64,000 nt of DNA from NCBI GenBank assembly GCA_039934355.1, contig JBDTMI010000010.1:15481-79480 (forward strand), written 5' to 3'. The notes under the pieces were generated by a model. That model was not told the origin of the DNA and made no database searches. It saw nothing but the letters and a program-made list of their open reading frames with translations. Shown here piece by piece: positions 1 to 9,718 of this stretch. Position numbers and translations under genes: made by a program. The stretch is from Gemmatimonadales bacterium (GTDB lineage: Bacteria > Gemmatimonadota > Gemmatimonadetes > Gemmatimonadales > GWC2-71-9). The first letter of the stretch is position 1, and every line of letters begins with the position of its first letter.

Positions 1-352
1 CCGCGAGGTTACCCGCCAGGTCGCGATAGAAGCCGTTGGCAAAAATTCGCTCGGCCGACGCTGCGTCCGGCGCGTAGCGGCGAATCAGGCGGTCAAACGT
101 GGTCCGGGCGTCAAGCAGGACTACACTGAGACGGCCCTTGGTCCCCGACTTGACCCTGACTGCCCGGTCCCGCGCGTCGTCTCCGACGCCGAGCGCGTCC
201 TTGAGCCGGAGCGAAGGGTCAAATGTCATGACAAGCGTATGGTGGCCGGCCCGCGCGGAACAGAGTCCCAGCGCGGCGGCCACAGTTGTCTTTCCGACGC
301 CGCCGGCGCCGACCACGACAACCAGTCGCTGATCGAGCGGACCGGGACTCAT
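1..352 (-). CDS. ArsA/GET3-family P-loop ATPase, N-terminal part only (3' end runs off the window)
   Basis: Reverse translation from the ATG at 352-350 gives MSPGPLDQRLVVVVGAGGVGKTTVAAALGL..., the deviant Walker A of ArsA/ParA-type ATPases. The start overlaps the upstream stop in an ATGA (349-352). Confidence 0.75.
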   Translation of the reverse strand, partial: MSPGPLDQRLVVVVGAGGVGKTTVAAALGLCSARAGHHTLVMTFDPSLRLKDALGVGDDARDRAVRVKSGTKGRLSVVLLDARTTFDRLIRRYAPDAASAERIFANGFYRDLAGNLA

Positions 353-1248
353 CCCAGTTCCTCCGTGAGCGCTTCCGTGACGGCCGCGAGCAGCTCGGGA
401 CCCCGATCCAGCGGCAACAGCGGGATTTCCGCGAGTGGACCTTTCCACTGTGCGCGGAGACGAGTGAGTTCACGATCATTCACCTCCCGACGCTGGCGCC
501 AGAGGTCGAGCGTGGCCCGCACCCCCGCCTCGGCTCCCTTGCCGCTGGCAGATCGGGTAGGGAACGGCGGATAGAGAGCGTTCGCAATCACCAGCTCCGG
601 CGGACGCCCGAGCTTCTCACGCAGCAGCGCAATCAACTCGAGTGCTTCCTGGATCGGCATCTCCTCGGCGAGCGCGGCGAGCACCACGCCGCAGCGCCCA
701 GGGTCGGCGATGAAGCGGGCGAGGTCCCTGGCCATCTCGCCGAGTTGACCGCCCCCGATCACGTCGGCAAGGAGGAGCGGGGCGACGAGCATCGATGCGC
801 CATGCCCGGTCGCCGGCGCGTCGAGCACCACGACATCGAACTTCTGGCGATAGTGCCCTTCGACGGTGCGCAGCGCATATCCGAGCACGGCCATCTCCTT
901 CATGCCCGGCGCACCCTGGGCGAAGTGCTGGAAGACTGAGCTGGCGATAACCTTCGAGGCGAGGGCAGCGATCGGAAGCTTTTCGCGCACCAGCCCCTCC
1001 ACGACCGCCTGCGCCTGCAGATTCTGGACGGAAAGCCGGTCACCAGCCTGGAGGATGTCGCCCCCCGACGGCTCGGTACCGAGCAACTGATGCAGGCTCT
1101 CCCGAGGATCGATCTCCAACAGCAGCGTCCGCCGCCCACGCGCTGCCAGGAAACGACCGAGCGCTGCGGCAAGCGTCGTCTTGCCGACACCGCCTTTCCC
1201 GGTTACGACAACCAGTTGTTGTTTGACAAGGCGTTCGAGCAGCTTCAT
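349..1248 (-). CDS. ArsA/GET3-family ATPase (anion-transporting-ATPase-like)
   Basis: 299-aa ORF. It has the N-terminal VVVTGKGGVGKTTLAAALG P-loop, DAPATGH (switch-like) and an ArsA-like overall layout. It contains only one Cys, so there is no metalloid-binding Cys triad. Confidence 0.8.
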   Translation of the reverse strand: MKLLERLVKQQLVVVTGKGGVGKTTLAAALGRFLAARGRRTLLLEIDPRESLHQLLGTEPSGGDILQAGDRLSVQNLQAQAVVEGLVREKLPIAALASKVIASSVFQHFAQGAPGMKEMAVLGYALRTVEGHYRQKFDVVVLDAPATGHGASMLVAPLLLADVIGGGQLGEMARDLARFIADPGRCGVVLAALAEEMPIQEALELIALLREKLGRPPELVIANALYPPFPTRSASGKGAEAGVRATLDLWRQRREVNDRELTRLRAQWKGPLAEIPLLPLDRGPELLAAVTEALTEELG

Positions 1249-1320
1249 GAAGACTCGTGCATGGAAGACGAAGGTGACACTACCACTGCAAGGTGCTGCA
1301 ACGCACGGTGATGTTCAACG

Positions 1321-2979
1321 TTGACCTCCCTGCTTGCGGCGACTCCGGTGGGGTGGATAGCGTTCGGTGTGACAGACACCTTCGACTACATCATCATCGG
1401 TTCAGGATTCGGCGGCAGCGTCTCTGCGATGCGGCTTGCCGAGAAGGGCTATCGTGTGCTCGTGCTGGAGCGCGGCCGCCGCTTCCGCGATGAGGACTTT
1501 GCCAAGAGTACCTGGGACCTGCCCCGCTACCTGTGGGCCCCCATGGTGGGGTGCTACGGCATCCTGCAGATCAGCCCCTTCAGAAACGTCTTCGTGTTGC
1601 ACGGCGCCGGAGTCGGAGGGGGGAGTCTTGGATACGCCAACGTGTTGATGGAGCCGGACGACGCCGCCTTCGATTCGCCCGCATGGCAGAAGCCGGTGGA
1701 ATGGAGGCGCGAACTGCGCCCGCACTACGCCACGGCCAAACGCATGCTGGGAGTCGCCGACAACCCGAAGTTCTGGCCGGCGGATCACCAGTTGAAGCGG
1801 ATCGCGGAGGAACTGGGACGCGGGGAGAGCTTCCGGCCGGTCCCGGTCGGCACGTTCTTCGGTCAGCCGGGCCAGGAGGGTGTGGAAGTCGCCGATCCGT
1901 ACTTCGGCGGCGAGGGGCCGGCGCGACGCGGATGCACCCATTGCGGCGGCTGCATGGTGGGATGTCAGCACAACGCCAAGAACACCCTGCCCAAGAACTA
2001 CCTGCACTTCGCGGAGAGGTGGGGAGCCACCATCGTTCCCGAGGCGACGGTACGGGACATCCGGCCGCTTGCCGGCGTGCAGCAGGACGGGGCGCGCTAC
2101 GAGGTGGAGTACCGCCGCACCACCGGGCTCCTCCGGCGTCGGATGCCACCGATCCGCTCGCGCAACGTCATCGTCTCCGCCGGCACGCTGGGCTCGCTGC
2201 GCCTGCTCTTCCGCTGTCGTGATGTCACCCGATCACTTTCCCGCCTGTCGCCCCGACTGGGCGACATGGTTCGCACCAACAACGAGGCGCTGCTCGGAAG
2301 TGTGGCCCGGGATGCGGCCGTCGATTACTCGAAGGGGATCGCGATCACCTCGATCTTCCGGGCCGATGCAGTCACCACGATCGAGCCGGTGAGGTACCCC
2401 GCCGGGTCCTCGGCGATGCGGCTGCTGGGCGGACCGATGATCGAATCGGGGAGCCTTCTCTCCCGCCTGGGGCAGTCGCTGCTCGATGTCGCGCGGCGAC
2501 CGGGGGAGTTTCTCCGGACCCATGTGCTACCCGGCTGGGCAGAACGGACCACCATCCTGCTGGCGATGCAGTGGGAGGACAATCGCATCCGGCTGCGACC
2601 CGGCCGCAGCATCTTCACCGGATTTCGCCAGGATCTCGTCTCTCAACCGGACGAAGAGGCGACCATTCCGACCAAGATTGCGATCGGTCACGCCGTGACG
2701 CGAACGTTCGCCGAGCGGACCAACGGGATCGCAATGGGTTCGGTAAACGAGGGGCTGTTCGACATCCCGATCACCGCCCACATCCTCGGTGGCTGTCCGA
2801 TGGGCGCGAATGTGGCGGAAAGCGTGATTGACGCGGACTGCCAGGCGCACGGCTACCCCGGACTGTACGTGATCGACGGCTCGATCATGCCAGCCAATCC
2901 AGGGGTGAACCCCAGCCTGACGATCACAGCGCTGGCGGAGTATGCCATGAGCCGGGTCCCGGCGGCCGCCTCACGATAG
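1321..2979 (+). CDS. GMC-family FAD oxidoreductase (cholesterol-oxidase-like)
   Basis: 552-aa ORF. It has the DYIIIGSGFGGSVSAMRLAEKGYRVLVLERG FAD fold and a C-terminal HILGGCPMG...VIDGSIMPANPGVNPSLTI GMC_oxred_C signature. The start is TTG and uncertain. Confidence 0.85.
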   Translation: MTSLLAATPVGWIAFGVTDTFDYIIIGSGFGGSVSAMRLAEKGYRVLVLERGRRFRDEDFAKSTWDLPRYLWAPMVGCYGILQISPFRNVFVLHGAGVGGGSLGYANVLMEPDDAAFDSPAWQKPVEWRRELRPHYATAKRMLGVADNPKFWPADHQLKRIAEELGRGESFRPVPVGTFFGQPGQEGVEVADPYFGGEGPARRGCTHCGGCMVGCQHNAKNTLPKNYLHFAERWGATIVPEATVRDIRPLAGVQQDGARYEVEYRRTTGLLRRRMPPIRSRNVIVSAGTLGSLRLLFRCRDVTRSLSRLSPRLGDMVRTNNEALLGSVARDAAVDYSKGIAITSIFRADAVTTIEPVRYPAGSSAMRLLGGPMIESGSLLSRLGQSLLDVARRPGEFLRTHVLPGWAERTTILLAMQWEDNRIRLRPGRSIFTGFRQDLVSQPDEEATIPTKIAIGHAVTRTFAERTNGIAMGSVNEGLFDIPITAHILGGCPMGANVAESVIDADCQAHGYPGLYVIDGSIMPANPGVNPSLTITALAEYAMSRVPAAASR

Positions 2980-3039
2980 TTGACAGGTTTGGTTCGTGGA
3001 GACCGGTGAATCGGGGCGAGAGTGCCGTATGGTTCCCCC

Positions 3040-4320
3040 TCAGGCGACGCCGCACCACTCCGCCAGCAGCGTCGCCTCGACCTTGATGGCCGTCAGCAAC
3101 TCCGCGATCGGCAGGTATTCGTCCGGCGCATGGGCCAGCTTGATGTCGCCCGCGCCATACATGACGCAGGGCATCCCGCCAAAGACAATGAAGTGCCGCA
3201 TGTCCGCACCGTAGGTGACGCCTACGGTACGCACCTGGGTGCCCGTCACGGCGTGATGTGCCGAGCGGATCGCTTCGCAGATCGGGGCATCCGTCGGGGT
3301 TTCGGCGGCGACAAACTGCCCCCCGAAGTACGTGATGACTGGAGGATGCTCCTTGAGCCAGGGATCCTGTTCCGCCACCGAGAAGATCCGCTCCGCCACG
3401 ACCCGCTTGAACGCCTGCATCTCCTCGCCCGGGAGAAAGCCGATGCGAATCTCCGCATCGAGGCGCTCCGGCACGGTCGAGGCCCAGTTGCCGCAGCGCA
3501 CCACGCCAACGTTGATCGGGACCTTGTTCTCGAAGGCATTGTACAACCGATGGCGCAGCCGGGCGTTGCGGTCCCGCTCGAAGGCCTGCAGGTCGAGAAA
3601 GATCGCCATGAACTTCTCGAGGGCCGAGACCCCTTCATCCCTCGTGGCGGCGTGGGCCGACCGGCCAATGATCGTGAGGCGGAAGACCAGCGATCCTTCG
3701 CAGGCCGTCACCAGCGTCAGCTCGGTCGGTTCCGTCACCAGTACCGCATCCGCACGATAGCCGCGCAGCACCGTGCTGAGCGCGCCGAGGCCGCCGTCCT
3801 CCTCGCCCACCGTCGCGGTCACGGTGACATCTCCCTTGAGGCGTATGCCCGCAGCGGCCAAGGCATCGAGGGCGGTGATATGGGTGACCAGTCCCCCCTT
3901 CATGTCGCAGCTGCCCCGGCCATACACCTTGCCGTCGACCACATTGGCGGCGAACGGGGGCTGACTCCACAGCGCGGGATCGCCCGGAGGCACGGTATCG
4001 ATGTGCGCATTGAGCAGGAGCGAGCGGCCGCCACCGGTTCCCCGACGGCGTCCGGCGACATTCATCCGGCCCTCGTAGCCCTCCTGTTCGCCCACATGCT
4101 CGAGGTACGGCTGGATCTCCGCCGCGGTCGCGGCCCAGCTCTCGACCTCGAGTCCGCGCGCCGCCAGTGCGGCCACGACGGCCGCGCTCATCGGCCCCTC
4201 CGCCCCCGTCACCGACTGCGCCTGCACAAACGTGCGATGCAGCGCGACCGTTGTCTCACGGGCCGCGTCGACGGCATCGCTGATCTTCTTGAGGAGGAGT
4301 GGATCTGGGGGCGTCGGCAT
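3040..4320 (-). CDS. M20-family metallopeptidase (ArgE/DapE/acetylornithine-deacetylase-like)
   Basis: Motifs NAHIDTVPPGD and GRGSCDMKGG are typical of M20. I place the start at MPTPPDPLLLKK (4320). An upstream ATG at 4422 with a GGAG RBS is an alternative. Confidence 0.8.
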   Translation of the reverse strand: MPTPPDPLLLKKISDAVDAARETTVALHRTFVQAQSVTGAEGPMSAAVVAALAARGLEVESWAATAAEIQPYLEHVGEQEGYEGRMNVAGRRRGTGGGRSLLLNAHIDTVPPGDPALWSQPPFAANVVDGKVYGRGSCDMKGGLVTHITALDALAAAGIRLKGDVTVTATVGEEDGGLGALSTVLRGYRADAVLVTEPTELTLVTACEGSLVFRLTIIGRSAHAATRDEGVSALEKFMAIFLDLQAFERDRNARLRHRLYNAFENKVPINVGVVRCGNWASTVPERLDAEIRIGFLPGEEMQAFKRVVAERIFSVAEQDPWLKEHPPVITYFGGQFVAAETPTDAPICEAIRSAHHAVTGTQVRTVGVTYGADMRHFIVFGGMPCVMYGAGDIKLAHAPDEYLPIAELLTAIKVEATLLAEWCGVA

Positions 4321-4473
4321 CTGCAGATCTCGGGAGTGCGTTGAACGAGGGGTCCGCGGGGCGGAACCGGAGGGAAGATAACCCGGGAGGGAATGGCTGG
4401 TATTCGCCCAGCGACCGGCCATCTTTCTCCAGCCTTTTCCTTGCCGGCCGAGCCGGCACAGCCGGGAGACCCC

Positions 4474-5523
4474 ATGCGTGACCTGCTCGACGACTATGCC
4501 GCCCTCACCGCGACCGGCCAGCGCGTCGGGCGCGCCGTCGTGACCAGCGTCTGGGGCTCGGCTCCGCGCCCCGAGGGGGCCTGCATGCTGGCGACGACCG
4601 GTGGCCGGCTGGCGGGCTCGGTCTCCGGCGGCTGCGTCGAGGGAGCGGTCGCCACCGAAATCGCCGACGCGCTCGAGCGGGGCACGCCGAAACTGGTGAC
4701 ATTCGGTGTGAGCGACGAACGCGCGTGGGAGGTGGGCCTCTCCTGTGGCGGCACCATCAAGGTGTTCGTGGAGCCGTCAGTTCGACCAGCGCTCCTGGCC
4801 GCCGCGCGGAGTGATGAAGGCGCGGTGCTGGCGACCGTCATTCAGAGTGCCTCGACCACGATGAGGGTCGGTGACTCTGCCGTCGTTGGGGAGAAGGGGG
4901 CGCCGGATCCCACCACTGATGCTCACTGGCTGGACGACGGCCTGCGGAGTGCGGCGATCGCGGCCCTTGCCCGCGAGGCCAGCGCGACCATCGAGACGGC
5001 CGGCCCGGACGGAACGCCGCTCAGCGTCTTTCTCGAGGTATTCCCCCGCCGTCCGACGCTGGTGATCTTCGGCGCGGTGCACATCGCCGCGGCGCTGGTC
5101 ACCTTCGCGAAAGCGCTGGGCTACTACACCGTGGTCGCGGATGGCCGGGCTGCGTTCCTGACCCGTGAACGCTTTCCCGACGCCCACGAGTTGATCCTGG
5201 CTTGGCCCGCAGAGGCATTCGCCCGCATCGGCCTCGGACCCTCGACCTATGTCTGCCTCCTGTCGCACGATCCCAAGTTCGATGATCCTGCGATGGAGCT
5301 GGCGCTCCGCTCTCCCGCGCGGTACATCGGAGCCATCGGTTCGAAGAAAACCCAGACCGCGCGCCGGGAGCGACTGCGCACCAAGGGATTCTCCGACACT
5401 GACCTGGCCCGGCTGCACGGTCCCATCGGTCTGCCCCTTGGCGGCCGGGCTCCCGCAGAAACCGCGCTGGCGATCATCGCGCAGATGACCCAGGTACGGT
5501 ACCGTGGCGGAGCAGCATCGTAG
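4474..5523 (+). CDS. XdhC/CoxI-family accessory protein
   Basis: MRDLLDDYAAL...AVVTSVWGSAPRPEGACML is the XdhC N-terminal domain. LVIFGAVHIAAALVTFAKALGY is the Rossmann-like C-terminal domain. A GGGAGA RBS lies 4 nt before the ATG at 4474. Confidence 0.8.
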   Translation: MRDLLDDYAALTATGQRVGRAVVTSVWGSAPRPEGACMLATTGGRLAGSVSGGCVEGAVATEIADALERGTPKLVTFGVSDERAWEVGLSCGGTIKVFVEPSVRPALLAAARSDEGAVLATVIQSASTTMRVGDSAVVGEKGAPDPTTDAHWLDDGLRSAAIAALAREASATIETAGPDGTPLSVFLEVFPRRPTLVIFGAVHIAAALVTFAKALGYYTVVADGRAAFLTRERFPDAHELILAWPAEAFARIGLGPSTYVCLLSHDPKFDDPAMELALRSPARYIGAIGSKKTQTARRERLRTKGFSDTDLARLHGPIGLPLGGRAPAETALAIIAQMTQVRYRGGAAS

Positions 5524-5590
5524 CCCGATGATCCCGATCGAGTTCTCCAGCGTGGTTGCGCGTTGACGCGCGGGAAGCCATTCTAGCCCG

Positions 5591-6256
5591 GTGCCAGCAC
5601 CCGCTTCCTCCCGCGATGTCTTCGTCACCGGCGGCACCGGCTTCCTCGGGAGCCGCCTGATCCGCGCGCTGCTTGCTCGCAAGCACCGGGTGCGGGGCCT
5701 GGTGCGTGAGGCATCGGCGGCGCGCCTGCCTGCCGGGGCCGAACCGGTGGTGGGCGATGCCCTGCACGGGCTCTCCTACGCGACCCGGGTGGCGCCGGCG
5801 GATACGCTGGTGCACCTCGTGGGAGTGAGTCATCCGAGCCCGGCCAAGGCGGAGGAGTTTCTGCGGGTCGATCTTGCCTCGGTCGCAGCCGCCGTTCCCG
5901 TCGCGCTGACCGCGGGCATCCGCCACTTCGTCTACGTCAGCGTGGCGCAGCCCGCGCCGGTCATGCAGGCGTACGTCGCCGCCCGGACTCGCGCTGAGTC
6001 GATCATTCGCGAGAGCGGTGTGCCATGTACGATGCTCCGGCCGTGGTACGTTGTCGGCCCGGGGCACTGGTGGCCGCTGGCCCTGCTCCCCGCCTACTGG
6101 ATGGGCGAGTTACTTCCCGGCACCCGCGCCTCCGCGCGACGGCTCGGCATGGTGAGTGTGCAGCAGATGGTACGTGCACTGGTGCACGCCGTCGAACAGC
6201 CCGCCGTGGGCGTCCGCGTGCTCGAGGTCCCCCAGATCAGGAACAGCCCGGCATGA
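5591..6256 (+). CDS. NAD(P)H-binding SDR/NmrA-like protein
   Basis: The N-terminal VFVTGGTGFLGSRLIRALL Rossmann motif is present. The stop overlaps the next start in an ATGA at 6253-6256. Confidence 0.7.
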   Translation: MPAPASSRDVFVTGGTGFLGSRLIRALLARKHRVRGLVREASAARLPAGAEPVVGDALHGLSYATRVAPADTLVHLVGVSHPSPAKAEEFLRVDLASVAAAVPVALTAGIRHFVYVSVAQPAPVMQAYVAARTRAESIIRESGVPCTMLRPWYVVGPGHWWPLALLPAYWMGELLPGTRASARRLGMVSVQQMVRALVHAVEQPAVGVRVLEVPQIRNSPA

Positions 6257-7953
6257 AGCTGCCCGCCGACCGCACGATGATCACCGTTCTGGGCTTCACG
6301 CTGCTGCTCATTGCCACTCCCGTTGTCACCGAAGCGCAGACCAGCGAAGGGCGCGACACGCTCGGGCTTCGGCCGGCGTTCGCGCGCATCGACCGGTTTG
6401 TGGAGCAGGCGATGGCGGCGAGCCGGACGCCCGGCCTCGCGCTCGCGCTCGTTGATCTCCGCGGGCTGCTCACGGTGCGCGCCTACGGTTACGCTGATCT
6501 CGAGCGTCACGTCCCGGTCACGGCCGATACCCGCTTCGAGATTGGTTCCATCTCCAAGTCGTTCACCGCGATCGCCCTCCTGCAGGAGGTCGAGGCCGGC
6601 CGGCTCGATCTCCACCAGCCGGTGCAGCAGTATCTCCCCTGGTTCACGCCCGCGACGCGCTGGCGTCCTGTCACCAGTCACGATCTCCTCACTCACACCG
6701 CCGGACTCCCCGCCGACCGCGACGATATACCCTCCTCGCCGGCGCAGGCGTACGTCGCCCGCGAGCGCACGCTGGGTTCCGCCCCCGGCACTCACTGGGC
6801 CTACTCGAACATCGGCTATCAGGTCCTCGGCGTGCTCCTGGAGACACTGACCGGCAAGCGGCTTCCGGCGGTCATCGAGGAACGGCTGCTCCAGCCACTC
6901 GGCATGACCGCCAGTCAGGCACATTTCACCGATTCCACCCGGCCCTTCATGGCCCGCGGCTACGAGCCGCTGCACGATGACCGACCGGCGCGATCCAGCG
7001 ATCCGCTGGTCCCGGCGCCCTGGATCGAGTATGGCTCGGGCGACGGCAGCATCATCGCCACGGCGCCCGACCTCGGCCGCTACCTCACGATGCTGCTCAA
7101 TCGCGGCCCACTGTTGTCCGACTCGGGCTGGAACCGCATGATGCATCCCGCCGCATCGACCGGCGAAGGGACGCACTATGGTTACGGCCTGTTTCTGGGC
7201 AGCATCGGTGGTCGGCAGGTCTTCTGGCACAGCGGGGGGATGCTGGGGTATACCAGTTTTCTCATCGGTGATCCATCGCAGGGGATCGGAGCCGTGGTGT
7301 TCGTCAATGGACCGGGGTCGGCAGGCGCAGCGGCGCGCTTCGCGCTGCAGGCGCTCGGCGCGGCGATGCGCGACGACTCGCTGCCGATCGTTCCACCGCA
7401 GACATCTCCCATCCATGTCGAGCATGCCGACCAGTACGCCGGCGTCTACCGGATGTTGAGCGGCGACTCGCTGGTTCTGGTGGCGGAGGGCGACAGCCTG
7501 CTGCTCCTGCGGGGAGGCGAGCGCCGCGCCCTCGAGCCGTATGATGACGATGCCTTTCTCGTCCCGGGCAAAGACTTTTCACTCTTTCCGCTGCGCTTCG
7601 CCGGCGATTCCGCCGGCATGACCGAGGCCTGGTACGGCGGCGACTGGTATGCTCGCCAAGGGTACGCCGGGCCGCGCACCTTCACCGTGCCCGCCCGGTG
7701 GAAGGCGTACACTGGCCATTACCGGATCATGCAGCCGTGGGAACCGAGCTTCCGTATCGTGGTGCGCAAGGGGAAGCTGTGGGCCATCACGCCGGATGGC
7801 ACCGAGGAATCCCTTACCGTGCTCCCGGACGGGGAGTATCGTGTCGGCGCGCCACACTCCGCCGAACGGCTGCGTTTCGGGCCGGTCGTCGACGGCCGAG
7901 TGCTGGTCGCCGACTGGTCTGGCATGCGCTACTATCGCTATTTCACGCCCTGA
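6253..7953 (+). CDS. Secreted serine hydrolase, beta-lactamase/D-aminopeptidase fold, with long C-terminal extension
   Basis: The signal peptide is MKLPADRTMITVLGFTLLLIATPVVTEAQ. It has the SxxK motif SISKSF and the YxN motif YSNIGY. The ORF-track N-terminal extension (6025) was trimmed. Confidence 0.8.
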   Translation: MKLPADRTMITVLGFTLLLIATPVVTEAQTSEGRDTLGLRPAFARIDRFVEQAMAASRTPGLALALVDLRGLLTVRAYGYADLERHVPVTADTRFEIGSISKSFTAIALLQEVEAGRLDLHQPVQQYLPWFTPATRWRPVTSHDLLTHTAGLPADRDDIPSSPAQAYVARERTLGSAPGTHWAYSNIGYQVLGVLLETLTGKRLPAVIEERLLQPLGMTASQAHFTDSTRPFMARGYEPLHDDRPARSSDPLVPAPWIEYGSGDGSIIATAPDLGRYLTMLLNRGPLLSDSGWNRMMHPAASTGEGTHYGYGLFLGSIGGRQVFWHSGGMLGYTSFLIGDPSQGIGAVVFVNGPGSAGAAARFALQALGAAMRDDSLPIVPPQTSPIHVEHADQYAGVYRMLSGDSLVLVAEGDSLLLLRGGERRALEPYDDDAFLVPGKDFSLFPLRFAGDSAGMTEAWYGGDWYARQGYAGPRTFTVPARWKAYTGHYRIMQPWEPSFRIVVRKGKLWAITPDGTEESLTVLPDGEYRVGAPHSAERLRFGPVVDGRVLVADWSGMRYYRYFTP

Positions 7954-7982
7954 TTCTGGTTCACCTCCTTCCCTCCGGTCTC

Positions 7983-9629
7983 ATGCGCTTCACCCCGCTC
8001 CTTGCGCTCACCCTGCTCGCACCGCTCGCGTGCGGCGGGCCACGTTACGATGTGATCATCCGGGGTGGCACGGTCTACAATGGCAGCGACAGCGCGGGTG
8101 TCGTCGCCGACGTGGCCATTCAGGGCGACAGCGTCGTTGCTGTGGGCAACCTTGGTTCCGCGCGTGGCCGCCAGGAGCTGGACGCCAGGGGGCTCGCGGT
8201 GGCGCCCGGTTTCATCAACATGCTGAGCTGGGCCAACACGGCGTTGCTGGTGGATGGCAAGTCGCAGAGCGACATCCGTCAGGGCGTGACGCTCGAAATC
8301 TTCGGTGAAGGAGAATCGATGGGCCCGGTGAATCCGGCCATGAGAGCGGAGTGGGAAGCCGCTCAGGGCGACATTCGCTTTCCCGTCAGCTGGACCACGC
8401 TGGCCGGATTTCTCGACACCCTGGTGCACCATGGGGTGTCGCCCAATGTTGCCAGTTTCGTTGGCGCGGCCACGGTGCGACAGTATGTGCTGGGGCACGA
8501 TCCGCGGCAGGCCACCAGGACGGAACTCGCGCAGATGCAGCAACTGGTCGGGGAGGCGATGGCCGACGGGGCGCTTGGCGTCGGCTCCTCCCTGATCTAT
8601 GAGCCGGGCATGTTCGCCACGTCGACCGAGCTGGAATGGCTGGCGCAGGTCGCCGCGGCGCGTGGTGGCATATACATCTCGCATATCCGGAACGAGGACG
8701 ACAGCCTGTTTCAGGCGCTGGATGAGTTCTTCGCGATCGCCGGTGGCGCGGGGGCGCGGGCGGAGATCTACCACCTCAAGACGTCAGGCCCGCGCAACTG
8801 GGGCAAGGAAGATGAGCTGCTGCGGCGGATCGAGGAGGCGCGCGCGAAGGGGCTGAAGGTGACGGCCAACATGTATACCTATCCGGCGAGCGCCACCGGG
8901 CTCGACGCCATCATGCCAGGCTGGGTTCGCGAGGGAGGATTCGCCGCCTGGGCCACGCGCCTGCAGGAGCCCGCCACCCGCCGGCGGCTCAAGCCGGAGG
9001 TGAGCAGCGCGATCAGCAAAGGCGGCGGAGCGGATCATATCCTGCTGGTCGGCTTCAAGAGCGACTCACTCAAGCACTACACCGGCCAGACCCTGGCGCA
9101 GGTGGCCACGACCCGCGGCACCGGTCCGGAAGCAACAGCGATGGACCTGGTGTACCAGGACAACAGCCGGATCGAGTGCGTCTACTTCTCGATGTCAGAG
9201 GACAACGTGCGCAAGCAGATCCAGGTGCCGTGGATCAGCTTCGGCAGCGATGAGGCGAGCGAGGCGCCCGAAGGCGTCTTCCTCAAGTCCAACCCGCACC
9301 CGCGGGCGTACGGCACCTTTGCCCGGCTGCTGGGCAAGTATGTGCGCGACGAAAAGCTGATCCCGCTCGAGCAGGCCATCCACCGGCTCACCCTGCTTCC
9401 CGCCACCAACCTCAGGCTCAAGCGCCGGGGCGCCCTGCGCCCGGGATACTTCGCCGATGTGGTGGTGTTCGACCCCGCGACGATCCAGGACCATGCAACT
9501 TTCGAGAAGCCACATCAGTATGCGACAGGGGTACGCGATGTCTTCGTGAACGGCACCCAGGTGCTCAAGGACGGCGAGCACACCGGCGCGACACCCGGTC
9601 GGGTGGTGCGGGGACCCGGAGCACCGTAG
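7983..9629 (+). CDS. N-acyl-D-amino-acid deacylase (D-aminoacylase) family amidohydrolase, lipoprotein
   Basis: Lipobox LAPLAC is followed by YDVIIRGGTVYNG...VAPGFINMLSW and a C-terminal ADVVVFDP...DVFVNG pattern typical of D-aminoacylases. The ATG is at 7983. Confidence 0.8.
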   Translation: MRFTPLLALTLLAPLACGGPRYDVIIRGGTVYNGSDSAGVVADVAIQGDSVVAVGNLGSARGRQELDARGLAVAPGFINMLSWANTALLVDGKSQSDIRQGVTLEIFGEGESMGPVNPAMRAEWEAAQGDIRFPVSWTTLAGFLDTLVHHGVSPNVASFVGAATVRQYVLGHDPRQATRTELAQMQQLVGEAMADGALGVGSSLIYEPGMFATSTELEWLAQVAAARGGIYISHIRNEDDSLFQALDEFFAIAGGAGARAEIYHLKTSGPRNWGKEDELLRRIEEARAKGLKVTANMYTYPASATGLDAIMPGWVREGGFAAWATRLQEPATRRRLKPEVSSAISKGGGADHILLVGFKSDSLKHYTGQTLAQVATTRGTGPEATAMDLVYQDNSRIECVYFSMSEDNVRKQIQVPWISFGSDEASEAPEGVFLKSNPHPRAYGTFARLLGKYVRDEKLIPLEQAIHRLTLLPATNLRLKRRGALRPGYFADVVVFDPATIQDHATFEKPHQYATGVRDVFVNGTQVLKDGEHTGATPGRVVRGPGAP

Positions 9630-9718
9630 CGCTGCGATGATCCGTCGTGAGTGTCGCAAGGTGCGGCCCTCGCCCGGCCCGGCAGAATTCCATTCATCCC
9701 ATTGCATCGAGGTTACGC

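Noticed and set aside
3022-4344. 440-aa plus-strand ORF. Similar long antisense ORFs lie at 6094-7425, 9713-11110, 13574-14593, 16364-17554, 18111-19106, 32365-33666 and 61544-62554.
   Set aside because: Each lies opposite a gene with recognisable family motifs and shows Arg/Gly/His-rich composition. I treat them as non-coding shadow frames.
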